From contig CAVRDY010000016.1 in assembly GCA_963719935.1 (NCBI GenBank), positions 165,577 through 229,576 on the forward strand: a DNA stretch of 64,000 nt, given 5' to 3'. The stretch comes from an uncultured Actinomycetes bacterium. Lineage in GTDB: Bacteria; Actinomycetota; Acidimicrobiia; Acidimicrobiales; CAVRDY01. The notes below the pieces were generated by a model. That model was not told where the DNA came from. It saw only the letters and a list, made by a program, of their open reading frames with translations, and ran no database searches. A program made the position numbers and the translations under genes. Positions 17,569 to 27,509 of the stretch are shown piece after piece. Numbering within the stretch: the stretch's first letter is position 1; each line of letters opens with the position of its first letter.

Positions 17569-19100
17569 CGGTCCTCCTCCAGGGAGCCGGCGGGCGCCGG
17601 CCCACCACCGGCGGTGGCCCCGGCGGGTTCGTGCAGTTCTCCGTCCACCTCGGTGGTGGCATCCTCGACGACCCGGTCGAGGTCGAGATCACCGTCGGCT
17701 TCCTCTGGTGTGTCCTCGTCCAGCACCGGAAGCTCGATCACGAAGCGACTACCCGGCTGCCCGTCGGGCCGGTCCTCCACCCACACCTGCCCTCCGTGGA
17801 GGTTGACGTGCTCGCGGATGAGAGCCAGGCCCAGACCCGTGCCGTAGTCGGCGCCGCGTCGCCCCCCCGCGCTCCCACGTGAGAAGCGATCGAAGATCAC
17901 CTGGCGCTCGTCCTCGGGGACACCGGGGCCCTCGTCCTCCACGGCGATCCGGACGCAGCCCGGCGCGGACTCGACCCGTACCAGGCGCGCTCCGTCAGCG
18001 TACTTGGCGGCGTTGTCCAACAGGTTGGCCAGGACCTGGCCCATGCGGCGCTTGTCCACCCGCACCACCGCGTGATCCGCGGGGGCCACGGTCTCCACTG
18101 GCACCTCGGACCCAGCCAGGGCAGTCACGGAACGCTGCACCAACTCTGCGGCGAACACCTCGGAGAGGTCGAGGCGCACCGCCCCGGCGTCGAAGCGGGA
18201 CATCTCGAGGAGGTCCTCCACCAGCTGCTGGAACCGCTCCAGGTCGTGGGAGAGCAGATCGACAGCGGTGGCCGCTCGTTCGGGTAGGTCCGCCCGTGAG
18301 TTCTCGAGGACCTCTATGGATGCGGCCAGGGTCATGAGGGGGGAGCGCAGTTCGTGGCTGACCTCGCTGGCGAAGCGGGCGTCACGTTCGATGCGCTCCT
18401 GGAGAGCCTGGGCCATGGCGTTGAACGACTCGGCGAGTGGTTGCAGATCTGGGTCGCGCTCGGCTTCGAGGCGGGTGTCGAGTCGCCCGCCGGCGATGGC
18501 CTGGGCGGCCTCGCCCACCTCGGCCAGGGGTCGCAGAGTGCGACCGGAGGCGTAGTAGCCCAAGGCGAAGCCTGCGATCGTGACGGCTGCAGCAGTCCCG
18601 ACCAGCACGATGCCCAGGCCCCGTAGGACGTCTTCGACCTCGGTGAGGGCCACCCGCTCGAAGTAGAGGGCATCCTGGGAGGGGAGGGGCACTCCCACGA
18701 CCAGGATGGGGTCGCCTCGCGACTCGTAGCGCATCCGGGAGGCGGTTCCTTGCTCTACTGCTTCCAGCAGGGTCGGATCGAGGTCGGCGGGCTCGAAGAG
18801 GGCCGAGTTGAGGCTGGTCCACTGACCCCGAACGCGGATCATGGGCGTGGAGCCTTCAGGAGTGCTCAGCCCTTCCAAGGTCTGCTGGAGGTCGTCAGCC
18901 GGACCGATCTTGTCGCGCACGGCCACGGCGTTGACCAGCACCCGGGACACACCGACCCTGTCGCGCTGGTTCAGCAGGTCTTCGCGCGTGAGTCCCCAGG
19001 TGACAGCCGCCAGCAGGGCCGACAGAACCAGAGCACCCATGCCGAAGGAGAGGGCGATGCGGGCCCGGAGGCCCATCCGGGTGCGACGGTGCAGGCGCAT
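17565..19100 (-). CDS. mtrB: sensor histidine kinase, MtrB-like
   Basis: Two TM segments plus HAMP. H-box FASEVSHELRSPL. N box LDNAAKYA. G box GTGLGLALIREHV. Confidence 0.8.
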   Translation of the reverse strand: MRLHRRTRMGLRARIALSFGMGALVLSALLAAVTWGLTREDLLNQRDRVGVSRVLVNAVAVRDKIGPADDLQQTLEGLSTPEGSTPMIRVRGQWTSLNSALFEPADLDPTLLEAVEQGTASRMRYESRGDPILVVGVPLPSQDALYFERVALTEVEDVLRGLGIVLVGTAAAVTIAGFALGYYASGRTLRPLAEVGEAAQAIAGGRLDTRLEAERDPDLQPLAESFNAMAQALQERIERDARFASEVSHELRSPLMTLAASIEVLENSRADLPERAATAVDLLSHDLERFQQLVEDLLEMSRFDAGAVRLDLSEVFAAELVQRSVTALAGSEVPVETVAPADHAVVRVDKRRMGQVLANLLDNAAKYADGARLVRVESAPGCVRIAVEDEGPGVPEDERQVIFDRFSRGSAGGRRGADYGTGLGLALIREHVNLHGGQVWVEDRPDGQPGSRFVIELPVLDEDTPEEADGDLDLDRVVEDATTEVDGELHEPAGATAGGGPAPAGSLEEDR

Positions 19101-19124
19101 GGTGGGGGCGGCGGCCCCGTTCTC

Positions 19125-19823
19125 TCAGGCCTGGAGCTTGTAGCCCAGACCCCGGACCGTGACCACGTGGCGGGGGTTGGCGGGATCGGCCTCGATCTTG
19201 GTTCGCAGACGGCGGATGTGCACGTCGACCAGGCGCCCATCGCCGAAGTATCCGTAGCCCCAGACCCGTTCGAGGAGGACCTCGCGGCTGAACACCCTTC
19301 CTGGGCTCGATGCCAGCTCGACCAGGAGGCGGAACTCGGTCTTGGTCAGATGGATCTCTTCGCTGTCCCGCCGGACGACACCCTCTTCGGGAATGATCTC
19401 GAGGTCGCCGAAGCTGAGGTGGCTGACCGCCGGATCAGCGGAACGGGCCCGGCGCAGGAGGGCCCGGATCCGTGCCGAGAGCTCCTTGGGAGCGAAGGGC
19501 TTGGTGAGGTAGTCGTCGGCGCCCGCCTCGAGCCCGGCCACCACGTCGTGGGTGTCGGCCCGGGCTGTGACCATGACTATCGGTACGTCGCTGGCCCTCC
19601 GGATGGATCGGCAGACCTCGAACCCGTCGATGCCGGGCAGCATGATGTCGATCAGCACGACATCGGCAGGGGAGGTGGTGAAGCGTTCGAGCGCATCCTC
19701 GCCACTCTCGGACTCGTCGACCACCCAGCCCTCGTCCTCGAGGGCCATTCGCACGGCTGTACGGATGCGCTCGTCGTCTTCGACGGTCAAGATGCGCGTT
19801 CCCACCCCTGCATCGTGCCTCAT
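19125..19823 (-). CDS. mtrA: OmpR-family response regulator, MtrA-like
   Basis: ATG 19823 is preceded by GAGGG. Receiver domain RILTVEDDE..LIDIMLPGIDG. Winged-helix end VRGLGYKLQA. Confidence 0.8.
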   Translation of the reverse strand: MRHDAGVGTRILTVEDDERIRTAVRMALEDEGWVVDESESGEDALERFTTSPADVVLIDIMLPGIDGFEVCRSIRRASDVPIVMVTARADTHDVVAGLEAGADDYLTKPFAPKELSARIRALLRRARSADPAVSHLSFGDLEIIPEEGVVRRDSEEIHLTKTEFRLLVELASSPGRVFSREVLLERVWGYGYFGDGRLVDVHIRRLRTKIEADPANPRHVVTVRGLGYKLQA

Positions 19824-19977
19824 GGCGCGCCCTCGCGTGCGGCATTCCGGCCAGAAATCCTCCATCGACGCAACATCGGGTAGCGGGGATTGTGACATCG
19901 GCATGGTCACCCGGCCGGTGTAGCCGCCTACGGCCCTCCCGTTCGCGGCGCTCGTCGGGTCCGGTAGGGTCGCCGCC

Positions 19978-20790
19978 GTGGCTGCCGCCGACCCTGACGA
20001 ACTGGCTCTGGTGGCCGAGGCTGTGGCTCGCGAAGCCGCCGATCTTCTGATCGGTGGCGTGGGAACGGAGACGCTGGCCCGAGGCGAAGGAGTGGACCAC
20101 AAGACCAGCCTCACCGATCACGTCACGGCCTGGGACCGGGCTTCTGAACGCCTCGTGGTCGAGCGGCTGGCCGAACTGCGACCCGGTGATGGCGTTCTGG
20201 GCGAGGAGGGTGGCGAGCGGCCCGGCGTCTCGGGAGTGCGCTGGATAGTCGATCCCCTCGACGGAACCACCAACTTCCTCTACGGGCTGCCCCCCTTCGC
20301 CGTGTCCATCGCGGCGGAGCACGACGGCCGGGTCGTGGCCGGGGCGGTAGCCGACGCTCTGAACGGCGAGCTGTACGTCGCGGCGCTCGGGGCCGGAGCC
20401 CGTCGCAACGGCGTACCTCTTCGTCCCTCTGACTGCGACGAGTTGGCCCTGGCCCTGGTGGCAACAGGATTCGGCTACGAGGCACAGCGGCGCCGGCTCC
20501 AGGCCGAGGTGCTGGTCGGGGTGCTGCCGTGCATCCGCGACATCCGCCGGGCGGGTGCGGCCTCGGTGGATCTCTGCTGGGTGGCCTGCGGCAGGGTCGA
20601 CGGCTACTGGGAGGCCGGTCTCGGACTCTGGGACTTCAGTGCAGGGGCGCTGGTGGCCGCCGAATCGGGCGCAGTGGTGACCGATCTGTACGGCGGCGCC
20701 CCGGCAACCGAGTTCGTGCTCGCCGCCACCCCGGCGATCTACGAGGATCTGCGGGAGTTGCTCGAATCGGCAGGAGCTGGCTTGGGTTGA
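19978..20790 (+). CDS. inositol monophosphatase family protein (SuhB/ImpA-like)
   Basis: WIVDPLDGTTNF motif in a 270-aa ORF. TAGGGT lies 7 nt upstream of GTG 19978. Confidence 0.85.
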   Translation: MAAADPDELALVAEAVAREAADLLIGGVGTETLARGEGVDHKTSLTDHVTAWDRASERLVVERLAELRPGDGVLGEEGGERPGVSGVRWIVDPLDGTTNFLYGLPPFAVSIAAEHDGRVVAGAVADALNGELYVAALGAGARRNGVPLRPSDCDELALALVATGFGYEAQRRRLQAEVLVGVLPCIRDIRRAGAASVDLCWVACGRVDGYWEAGLGLWDFSAGALVAAESGAVVTDLYGGAPATEFVLAATPAIYEDLRELLESAGAGLG

Positions 20791-21155
20791 GCCGGCGCGG
20801 CCCGGTGGTGTCGGCCCGGCATCGCCACTCCGTGATCGGTGCCGTGATCGGTGCCGTGATCGGCCTCGGCCTCGGGGACACCTCGATCATCGAGTTGGCG
20901 GATGGTCTGCCATTCACCCATCGCCCGCAGCGTCAGCACCGCCACCACGGCCACTCCCGCCGCCGCCACAACCGCGCCCACCAGCGCGCCAATCGCGGTA
21001 GGGGTGGCGCAGGCTCCCTCGCATTGGAGGTCGGTGAAGGCGAAGCCGATCAACCCCCCGCACAAGCCCGCCACCAGGATGGCCACGAAGGCGAGCACGC
21101 GGGCCCCGACCGGGGGCACTCCAGGATCGACGGGACCACGCACTGGGGGGGGCAC
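20739..21155 (-). CDS. small membrane protein, unknown function
   Basis: 138-aa ORF with two hydrophobic helices. The C-terminal tail contains an HGTDHGTDHG repeat. Overlaps the convergent IMPase 3' end. Weak call. Confidence 0.4.
   Translation of the reverse strand: MPPPVRGPVDPGVPPVGARVLAFVAILVAGLCGGLIGFAFTDLQCEGACATPTAIGALVGAVVAAAGVAVVAVLTLRAMGEWQTIRQLDDRGVPEAEADHGTDHGTDHGVAMPGRHHRAAPAQPKPAPADSSNSRRSS
20830..20863. repeat. 12-bp unit ccgtgatcggtg x about 2.8
   Basis: Copies at 20830, 20842 and 20854 (the last partial), followed by cctcgg x 2. Encodes HGTD repeats on the minus strand. Confidence 0.85.
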
Positions 21156-21225
21156 CCCGACATCGTAACCACGGCACCCACCGGATCATGCGGGACCGGT
21201 GGCGCAGTGCCTAGGCTGCCTCGCC

Positions 21226-21948
21226 GTGCGCACCCTCGTGGTACTGCCCACCTACAACGAAGCCGAGAACATCGAGGACGTTCTGAGCCTCGTCCGCCGG
21301 GCCGTTCCCGAGGCGCACGTCCTGGTCGTCGACGACGGCAGCCCCGACGGGACGGCGGAGATCGCTGAGCGTGTCGGTGCCGAGTTGGGCCAGATAGAGA
21401 TCATGCGTCGAGCAGCCAAGTCGGGGCTGGGTTCGGCCTACCGGGCCGGGTTCCGGCACGGCCTGGCCGAGGGGTTCGAGGCCTTCGTGGAAATGGACTC
21501 AGATCTTTCCCACGACCCGCTTGCGCTTCCGGCGCTGCTGGCCGCCCTCGAAGACGGCGCCGACCTGGTCATCGGCTCCCGCTACGTCCCCGGTGGGTCC
21601 ATCCCAGACTGGTCCTCCCATCGAAAGGCACTGTCGCGCTGGGGCAACCGCTATGCGGGGGCCGTGCTGGGCCTGCGCGTGCGCGACGCCACCGCCGGGT
21701 ACCGCGCCTACCGGGATCGGGCCCTGCGCAGCATCGATCTGGACGCGATCCGGGCTGACGGCTACGGGTTCCAGATCGAGATGGCCTACCAGGTGTCTCG
21801 CTACGGGGGTCGGGTGGTGGAGGTCCCGATCTCGTTCACCGACCGCGTCAGGGGCGAGTCGAAGATGTCGTGGCGGATCGTCGCCGAAGCCCTGGTGCTG
21901 GTCACCTGGTGGGGACTGAGGGACCGGGTGCTGCGCCGGGGAAGCTGA
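21226..21948 (+). CDS. ppm1: polyprenol-phosphate mannose synthase (GT2, Ppm1-type)
   Basis: VVLPTYNEAENI, VVDDGSPDGT and EMDSDLSHDP motifs. I prefer GTG 21226 (TAGGCT lies 8 nt upstream) over ATG 21199. Confidence 0.85.
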   Translation: MRTLVVLPTYNEAENIEDVLSLVRRAVPEAHVLVVDDGSPDGTAEIAERVGAELGQIEIMRRAAKSGLGSAYRAGFRHGLAEGFEAFVEMDSDLSHDPLALPALLAALEDGADLVIGSRYVPGGSIPDWSSHRKALSRWGNRYAGAVLGLRVRDATAGYRAYRDRALRSIDLDAIRADGYGFQIEMAYQVSRYGGRVVEVPISFTDRVRGESKMSWRIVAEALVLVTWWGLRDRVLRRGS

Positions 21949-21965
21949 CCGTCGGGGCTGGTGGC

Positions 21966-22451
21966 GTGCACGACTGGAACGTGGGTGGGGCTGTCATCGA
22001 GGGTCCGGAAGGGATCCTCCTGGTGCGCAACGCCCGTCCCGATGGCAGCGTGGACTGGTCGCCACCCGGTGGGGTGATCGACGAGGGTGAGCACCTGCTG
22101 GAAGGCCTGGCCCGCGAGGTGCTCGAAGAGACCGGCCTGGTCGTGACCGAATGGCAGGGCCCCCTGTACGCGGTGGAAGCCACCGCCCCCGACATGGGAT
22201 GGCGCATGCAGGCCGAGATCCACCTGGGGGTGGCCTACGAGGGGGACCTGGTCGTCGACGATCCGGACGGGATCGTCACCGGGGCGGACTTCTGCCCGGT
22301 CGGTGAGTGCGCGGAGCGTCTGGCCCAAGGCCACCCCTGGGTCCGCGAACCGCTCCTGGCCTGGCTGGCGGACCGGTGGATCCGGCCGCGCCGGTTCGCC
22401 TACGTCCTGGACGGGGCCAGACGAGGCGAGTGGAGGGTGCGCCGCGTGTGA
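21966..22451 (+). CDS. NUDIX hydrolase
   Basis: Nudix box GGVIDEGEHLLEGLAREVLEETGL. GTG 21966 is the first plausible start after the ppm1 stop. Confidence 0.8.
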   Translation: MHDWNVGGAVIEGPEGILLVRNARPDGSVDWSPPGGVIDEGEHLLEGLAREVLEETGLVVTEWQGPLYAVEATAPDMGWRMQAEIHLGVAYEGDLVVDDPDGIVTGADFCPVGECAERLAQGHPWVREPLLAWLADRWIRPRRFAYVLDGARRGEWRVRRV

Positions 22452-22519
22452 CCGGGGAAGGGGACGACAAGTGCCGGGATCGCGTTGTCGTCGGGAACGG
22501 GCTGTGCGAGACTTGAAAC

Positions 22520-22897
22520 GTGCCGCTGTCCGAGGACGAGCAACGCATCCTCTCCGAGATAGAGGAGCAGCTCTACGAGAGCGACCCCGATCTGGTCCGC
22601 GAGGTCGGGTCGACGACGGTCTACTCGCATGCCCTCCGCAGCCTGGGATGGGGTGCCCTGCTGTTCGTGCTGGGCACCGTGGCCATGGTGGCGCTGCTGG
22701 GCACGCATCCGGCCCTGGCCTTCCTGGGCGTGGTTCTCATGTTCCTGGCTGCTTTGTGGATGGTTCAGAGCGGTCGGCGCCTGGGCCGGGCCGGCTGGGA
22801 TCAGGTGACGCGCTCCCTGCGGGGAGGTAACCCCATGAGCGACTTCTTCGGCTCCCAGAGCCAGCGCATGCGTGACCGGTTCCGTCGCGAAGACTGA
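22520..22897 (+). CDS. DUF3040-family membrane protein
   Basis: N-terminus MPLSEDEQRILSEIEEQLYESDP followed by two TM helices. Confidence 0.75.
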   Translation: MPLSEDEQRILSEIEEQLYESDPDLVREVGSTTVYSHALRSLGWGALLFVLGTVAMVALLGTHPALAFLGVVLMFLAALWMVQSGRRLGRAGWDQVTRSLRGGNPMSDFFGSQSQRMRDRFRRED

Positions 22898-22927
22898 CCC
22901 ATCCAGCGTCTCCCCATCCGGCCCCGG

Positions 22928-25204
22928 TCAGCCCTGTAGCACCCTGAAACGTCTCTGGGGTAGGACTGGGCGAGGGTCGAGTGCCACCACCGCCTGTTCC
23001 CACCAGCTGGTCGATGACCGCACCCAGGAGGCCACAGCCCGGTACGCCTCCTCGGCCTCGGCTACCTGGTCGTCGTCAGGGATTCGGCCCGCGAAGGCTG
23101 CCAGCTCTGCGGCTCGGGCCAGTACTTCGATCTCGGTGGGACCGTCGGCGACCAGGACCCGCTTGGTGTACTCGCGGTGAGTCTCGGCGGGAAGGTTGGT
23201 CAACCCGGCACCGGCCAACTGTTCGGCGGCCAGCTCCCAAGCCAGGTGGATCCGTTGGGCGCCTTCGCGGGCCTGGTTCGTCCGGCGCCTCGTGCGGTAC
23301 GCCTTCGCAGCCACGACCAGCACCGCGTAGAGGGCGCCCACGGCTGCTGCGGTCGCAACCACGCGGAGGATCGGGATCCACCAGGCATCACCCTGGTTGG
23401 CGGGTCCGCCAGCCGGAACCGGATCCGTCGTATCGAGCCCGGGTGTCACAGGCGCCGGAGCCACCGGGGGGGCCTCGGGTGTCGTGGTGGTGGGGGCCGT
23501 GCCCTCGGGCAGCGTCTGGGGCGGTCCGCCACCCGGAGGCGAGGCCTGCACGGGAGCCACCCCGGTCACCTCTGTGGCCTGGGGGTTGCCCCGGCTGGGG
23601 GTCGGTTCGAAGGGAACCCAGCCAGCCTCGGGAAGCCAGACCTCGGGCCAGGCGTGGGCGTGGCGACCCGTCACGTGATACACGTCGGGCTCGGCGGCGT
23701 CGGGGTCTCCCCATGTGAAGCCGACGGCCACCCGCGCCGGTAGGCCCAGGGCCCGGGCCAGTGCGGCAAAGGTGCCCGAGAACTGCTCGCAGTAGCCGCG
23801 CCGGACCTCGAGGAACTGGTGGATGCTGTCGATGTCGTGACGGAGCTGGACCTGGTCGTCGTAGACGAACTCGCTGCGAAACCTGTCCTGGAGGGCCCGG
23901 GCCTGGTCGTAGGGGTTGGTGGCCCCTTCTGTCCACTCCTGGGCCAAGGTGGTCAGCGCCGGATCCCAGTCGGTGGGTAGCTGCAGGAAGCGCTCTGCGA
24001 TCGCGGCGGGGACGGTGCCCGTCGCCGTGAGGGTCGTGGGTCCTAGGTTGGGGTCGGCCGAAGAGACGCTGTAGGAGAGGCCGTCGGAGTTCTGCCGTTC
24101 GTTGTCCACGATCAGCGTGCCGGATTCGCGCTCGTAGACCAGGCCCGTGTCCCCGGCGTCCACCGACACAGGTTCGAAGGCGGCCGGCAACCACAGCGCG
24201 GAGAGCGCCTCGATCGTGTACTCCTGGTCGACCACGGTTTCGGCAGGGAAGGCGGGGTTCATCCGGGGCAGGGTCCGTTCGACGTCGTCGAAGCTGCCCG
24301 AGGACTTCCAGATGACCCCGTCGAACTGGTCCAGCGAGGTGAGTCGCCAGTAGGCGGGAGAGTCGGCTCGTACCGTGAACAACTCGACGTCGGGCTGATC
24401 CAGGAGCTTGGAGCGGATCCCCACGATCGGGCTGACCGTCACCCGGGCCGGGGTGTCGTCGCCGATGTCTTCCCAGGGCACCAGGGGCTCGGCCCGGGCG
24501 CCGGGGAGAACAGGGCCCAGCACCAGGGCGCCGGCAAGTGCCAGGGCACCGGCGGCGACGCCCGAGCCGACGAGTGCACGGCCTCCTGGTCCCCCCTGGG
24601 AGTTGACCCAGTGACGGGTCGTCACCTGCTGGTCGACGTGGTGGGCCAACTCGAAGGCCAGCACGGCAGCCAGGAACGCCGCCGTGGTGGCGAGGCCGCC
24701 GTCTTCACCCAGGAGGGCCGAGAACACGAAGAGCGCACTGGCGGGCACGACCGCTTCCACCGGTGAGCGGAGGCGGAAGGCGGCCCAGTCGGCCAGGAAG
24801 GCGGCCAGGGCCAGTCCAGTGGCCAGGGCGATGACGAAGCCGGGCTCCACGGGGGCGGGAGCGGTCACGTCGCCGAAGATCTGCCAAGCAGCCCTGGCGT
24901 CGGTGTCGAGGGCGTCCAGGGTCGCGCTCCCGGGCATGCCCCAGCTGGTGGTCTCGCCGTAGCCCACCAGGACCACGCCTGCGATCAGGGCGGAGCCGGC
25001 CACGAGCGCGCTGCGGCCGAGACCCCATCCGGCCCGGCGGGTCACTGCTGCCAGCACGTGGGTGACGGTGGCCGCCAACGCCACGGGCGCGAAGAAGGAG
25101 GTGTCCGTGAAGAGCGTGTTGAAGGACCAGGCCACGGACAGGCTCACCGCCCCCAGCGCCAGCTCGGTGACCGCCTTGCCAGGTGTTCGCTTCGGCGCGC
25201 TCAC
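22928..25204 (-). CDS. transglutaminase-domain membrane protein (TgpA-like)
   Basis: GTG 25204 overlaps the DUF58 stop (GTGA). Multi-TM N-terminus. Transglutaminase core RRGYCEQFSGTFAALAR..GRHAHAWPEVW. Confidence 0.8.
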   Translation of the reverse strand: MSAPKRTPGKAVTELALGAVSLSVAWSFNTLFTDTSFFAPVALAATVTHVLAAVTRRAGWGLGRSALVAGSALIAGVVLVGYGETTSWGMPGSATLDALDTDARAAWQIFGDVTAPAPVEPGFVIALATGLALAAFLADWAAFRLRSPVEAVVPASALFVFSALLGEDGGLATTAAFLAAVLAFELAHHVDQQVTTRHWVNSQGGPGGRALVGSGVAAGALALAGALVLGPVLPGARAEPLVPWEDIGDDTPARVTVSPIVGIRSKLLDQPDVELFTVRADSPAYWRLTSLDQFDGVIWKSSGSFDDVERTLPRMNPAFPAETVVDQEYTIEALSALWLPAAFEPVSVDAGDTGLVYERESGTLIVDNERQNSDGLSYSVSSADPNLGPTTLTATGTVPAAIAERFLQLPTDWDPALTTLAQEWTEGATNPYDQARALQDRFRSEFVYDDQVQLRHDIDSIHQFLEVRRGYCEQFSGTFAALARALGLPARVAVGFTWGDPDAAEPDVYHVTGRHAHAWPEVWLPEAGWVPFEPTPSRGNPQATEVTGVAPVQASPPGGGPPQTLPEGTAPTTTTPEAPPVAPAPVTPGLDTTDPVPAGGPANQGDAWWIPILRVVATAAAVGALYAVLVVAAKAYRTRRRTNQAREGAQRIHLAWELAAEQLAGAGLTNLPAETHREYTKRVLVADGPTEIEVLARAAELAAFAGRIPDDDQVAEAEEAYRAVASWVRSSTSWWEQAVVALDPRPVLPQRRFRVLQG

Positions 25205-26427
25205 GTCGGGGCCCCTGACCTCTGGGGTGTGGGGGCTCCGATGACTGAACGGCGGCGCCCCCGGGCTGCGGTCCAGGTCGGAGCGAAGGGGCGTTCGCTG
25301 GTGACGACCAGCTCGTGGGGGAGCGACGGTCGTGGCTGGGGTGGGGCGTGCTCGTCCCAGGTGGACCGGTCGAGGCGGATCACGCGGGTCCATCCATACC
25401 GGGTGCGGACCTGGTGGAGGGCCTCGAGTTCGGCGTCCTCCAACTCGGTGGTGACAACCGCAACGAGAGCGCCTCCCACCGAGGTTCGGGTGAGGCGGTC
25501 CAGGCTGGCCCGCAGGGCGCTGTCGTGGCTGGGTTGGGCGGTGGCGAGGTGCTCCATGATGGCGTCGACGGGGCCGTGGCCGGCGGCGAAGCCGCTGTCG
25601 GTTCCGGCCGTGGTGACGAGGCGGATGAGGTCCTCACGCCGCCAGCACGCCATGACCACGCTGGCCGCCACCGACACGGCCACGTCGAGGGCCGGCGCGG
25701 GCATGGTTGGCCGGCGGACGTCGAGCAGCACGGTGCACCGTCCCTGCCATGGCAGTTCGTCCTGGCGGACCATGAGCTCGTCGTGGTGGGCGGTGGCACG
25801 CCAGTGCACCCGTCGCAGGTCGTCACCCACCACATAGCGGCGTAGGGCGTAGAAGTCCTCGCCCGAACGGGTGAGGGCGTTGGGGTGGTCGGCCCCGGCC
25901 AGGGGGTCGTCACCGGCGGTGTGGGGCGGCGGATCGATGCGGTCGACGTGGGGCAACACGGTGAGCTCGGCCACTCCGGCTGCGTCCAGGGTCACCTCGG
26001 CCAGGCCGAAGGGGTCGGTGAGGATCAGCCGGAGGGGTCCGATCGTGACGATCCCCCGGTGCCGGGTGGGGAGCCGGTACGCGGCCCGAGCCGTCGACCC
26101 GGGATCCATGGGGGCAAGGAGCAGCTGGGCTCCGCGCGTGCTACTGACCTCGTCCTCTATCCGCAGCACCGGAGTGCTGCGTCGGTTTCGGTTGCGGACG
26201 ACCAGATCGACCCGGCAGGGGGTGCCGACGTGGACCCGGGCCGGGTGGATCGACCGGCGTACCTCCAGGCGGACCTTGCGGAACCCCACCGTCGCCGCCG
26301 TGCTCACCACGAGTACGAGCCCGAGCGAGGCGGCCACGTAGAGCTCCACCAGCCCGAGCAATCTGCCGCCCACGAGGAGGCCCAGTGACATCGCCATCAG
26401 GGTCCAGCCGCGGCGGGTGAGACGCAC
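25201..26427 (-). CDS. DUF58-domain protein (vWA-like MoxR partner)
   Basis: Two N-terminal TM helices. Motif DFYALRRYVVGDDLRRVHWRATA. Confidence 0.85.
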   Translation of the reverse strand: MRLTRRGWTLMAMSLGLLVGGRLLGLVELYVAASLGLVLVVSTAATVGFRKVRLEVRRSIHPARVHVGTPCRVDLVVRNRNRRSTPVLRIEDEVSSTRGAQLLLAPMDPGSTARAAYRLPTRHRGIVTIGPLRLILTDPFGLAEVTLDAAGVAELTVLPHVDRIDPPPHTAGDDPLAGADHPNALTRSGEDFYALRRYVVGDDLRRVHWRATAHHDELMVRQDELPWQGRCTVLLDVRRPTMPAPALDVAVSVAASVVMACWRREDLIRLVTTAGTDSGFAAGHGPVDAIMEHLATAQPSHDSALRASLDRLTRTSVGGALVAVVTTELEDAELEALHQVRTRYGWTRVIRLDRSTWDEHAPPQPRPSLPHELVVTSERPFAPTWTAARGRRRSVIGAPTPQRSGAPT

Positions 26428-26433
26428 GGATGC

Positions 26434-27405
26434 TCAGATCTCGGCCGTGGGCACCGGGACCGTCTCGAGGATCTCGTGCACCACTTCGATGGTCTGCACG
26501 CCCTGAAGCTGGGCCTCGGGGGAGAGGATGAGCCGGTGGGCCAGGACCGGTCCCGCCAGCTCCTTGATGTCGTCGGGCACCACGAAGGACCGGTTGTCCG
26601 AGGCGGCGCGGGCGCGTGACACGCGCTGGAGGGCCAGGGTGGCGCGGGGTGACATGCCCAGCAGCAGAGCGGAGTGGCGGCGGGTGGCCTCGGCCAGGTC
26701 CACCAGGTAGGCCTTGAGGGCCGAGGCCACGTGCACCGTGCGCACTGCGGCGGCCATGGCGGTCACGTCGGTCACCGACACCACCGGGCCCAGGTCGGCC
26801 AGGGCGTCGTGGTCGGCGTGGGCGTCGAGGACGTCGATCTCGGAGTGCCGGTCCGGGTAGCCGACGGACACCCTCATCAGGAAGCGGTCGAGCTGGCTCT
26901 CGGGGAGGGGGTAGGTGCCCTCGTGCTCGATGGGGTTCTGGGTGGCGATGACCATGAACGGAGGGCCCAGTGGGTAGCTCGCTCCGTCGACGGTCACCTG
27001 GGATTCGGCCATGGCCTCGAGGAGAGCGGACTGGGTCTTGGGTGAGGCGCGGTTGATCTCGTCTCCCAGCACGATGGAGGCGAAGATCGGACCCGGTCGG
27101 AACTCGAAGCGCGACTCCTCGCGGTTCCAGACGTTGACCCCGACCACGTCGCTGGGCAACAGGTCAGGGGTGAACTGGACGCGCCCGAAGGTGCAGTCCA
27201 CCGATCTGGCCAGGGCCTTGGCCAGGCTGGTCTTGCCGACTCCGGGGACGTCCTCGACCAGCAGGTGGCCCTCGGAGACCAGGCACAGCAGGACGAGGCG
27301 GATGAGATCGTTCTTGCCCTGGATGACGCGTGCCACGTTGTGGGTGATCGCGTCGAACAGCCCGGAGAAGGTCGGAGCCGAGGTCTCGGCGTGCTGGGTT
27401 GCCAC
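26434..27405 (-). CDS. MoxR-family AAA+ ATPase
   Basis: LLVEDVPGVGKTSLAKALA (Walker A) and VIATQNPIEHEGTYPLPE. TAGCCT lies 6 nt upstream of GTG 27405. Confidence 0.9.
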   Translation of the reverse strand: MATQHAETSAPTFSGLFDAITHNVARVIQGKNDLIRLVLLCLVSEGHLLVEDVPGVGKTSLAKALARSVDCTFGRVQFTPDLLPSDVVGVNVWNREESRFEFRPGPIFASIVLGDEINRASPKTQSALLEAMAESQVTVDGASYPLGPPFMVIATQNPIEHEGTYPLPESQLDRFLMRVSVGYPDRHSEIDVLDAHADHDALADLGPVVSVTDVTAMAAAVRTVHVASALKAYLVDLAEATRRHSALLLGMSPRATLALQRVSRARAASDNRSFVVPDDIKELAGPVLAHRLILSPEAQLQGVQTIEVVHEILETVPVPTAEI

Positions 27406-27509
27406 GGAGCCAGGCTAGGCGTTCTGGGACCATCGCGACCGGTCGACCCCGTTGTTCTGACCATGCGTGTGGATGAGGAGCCCCATGGTCCCCGATAGGG
27501 TGCGGCTCG

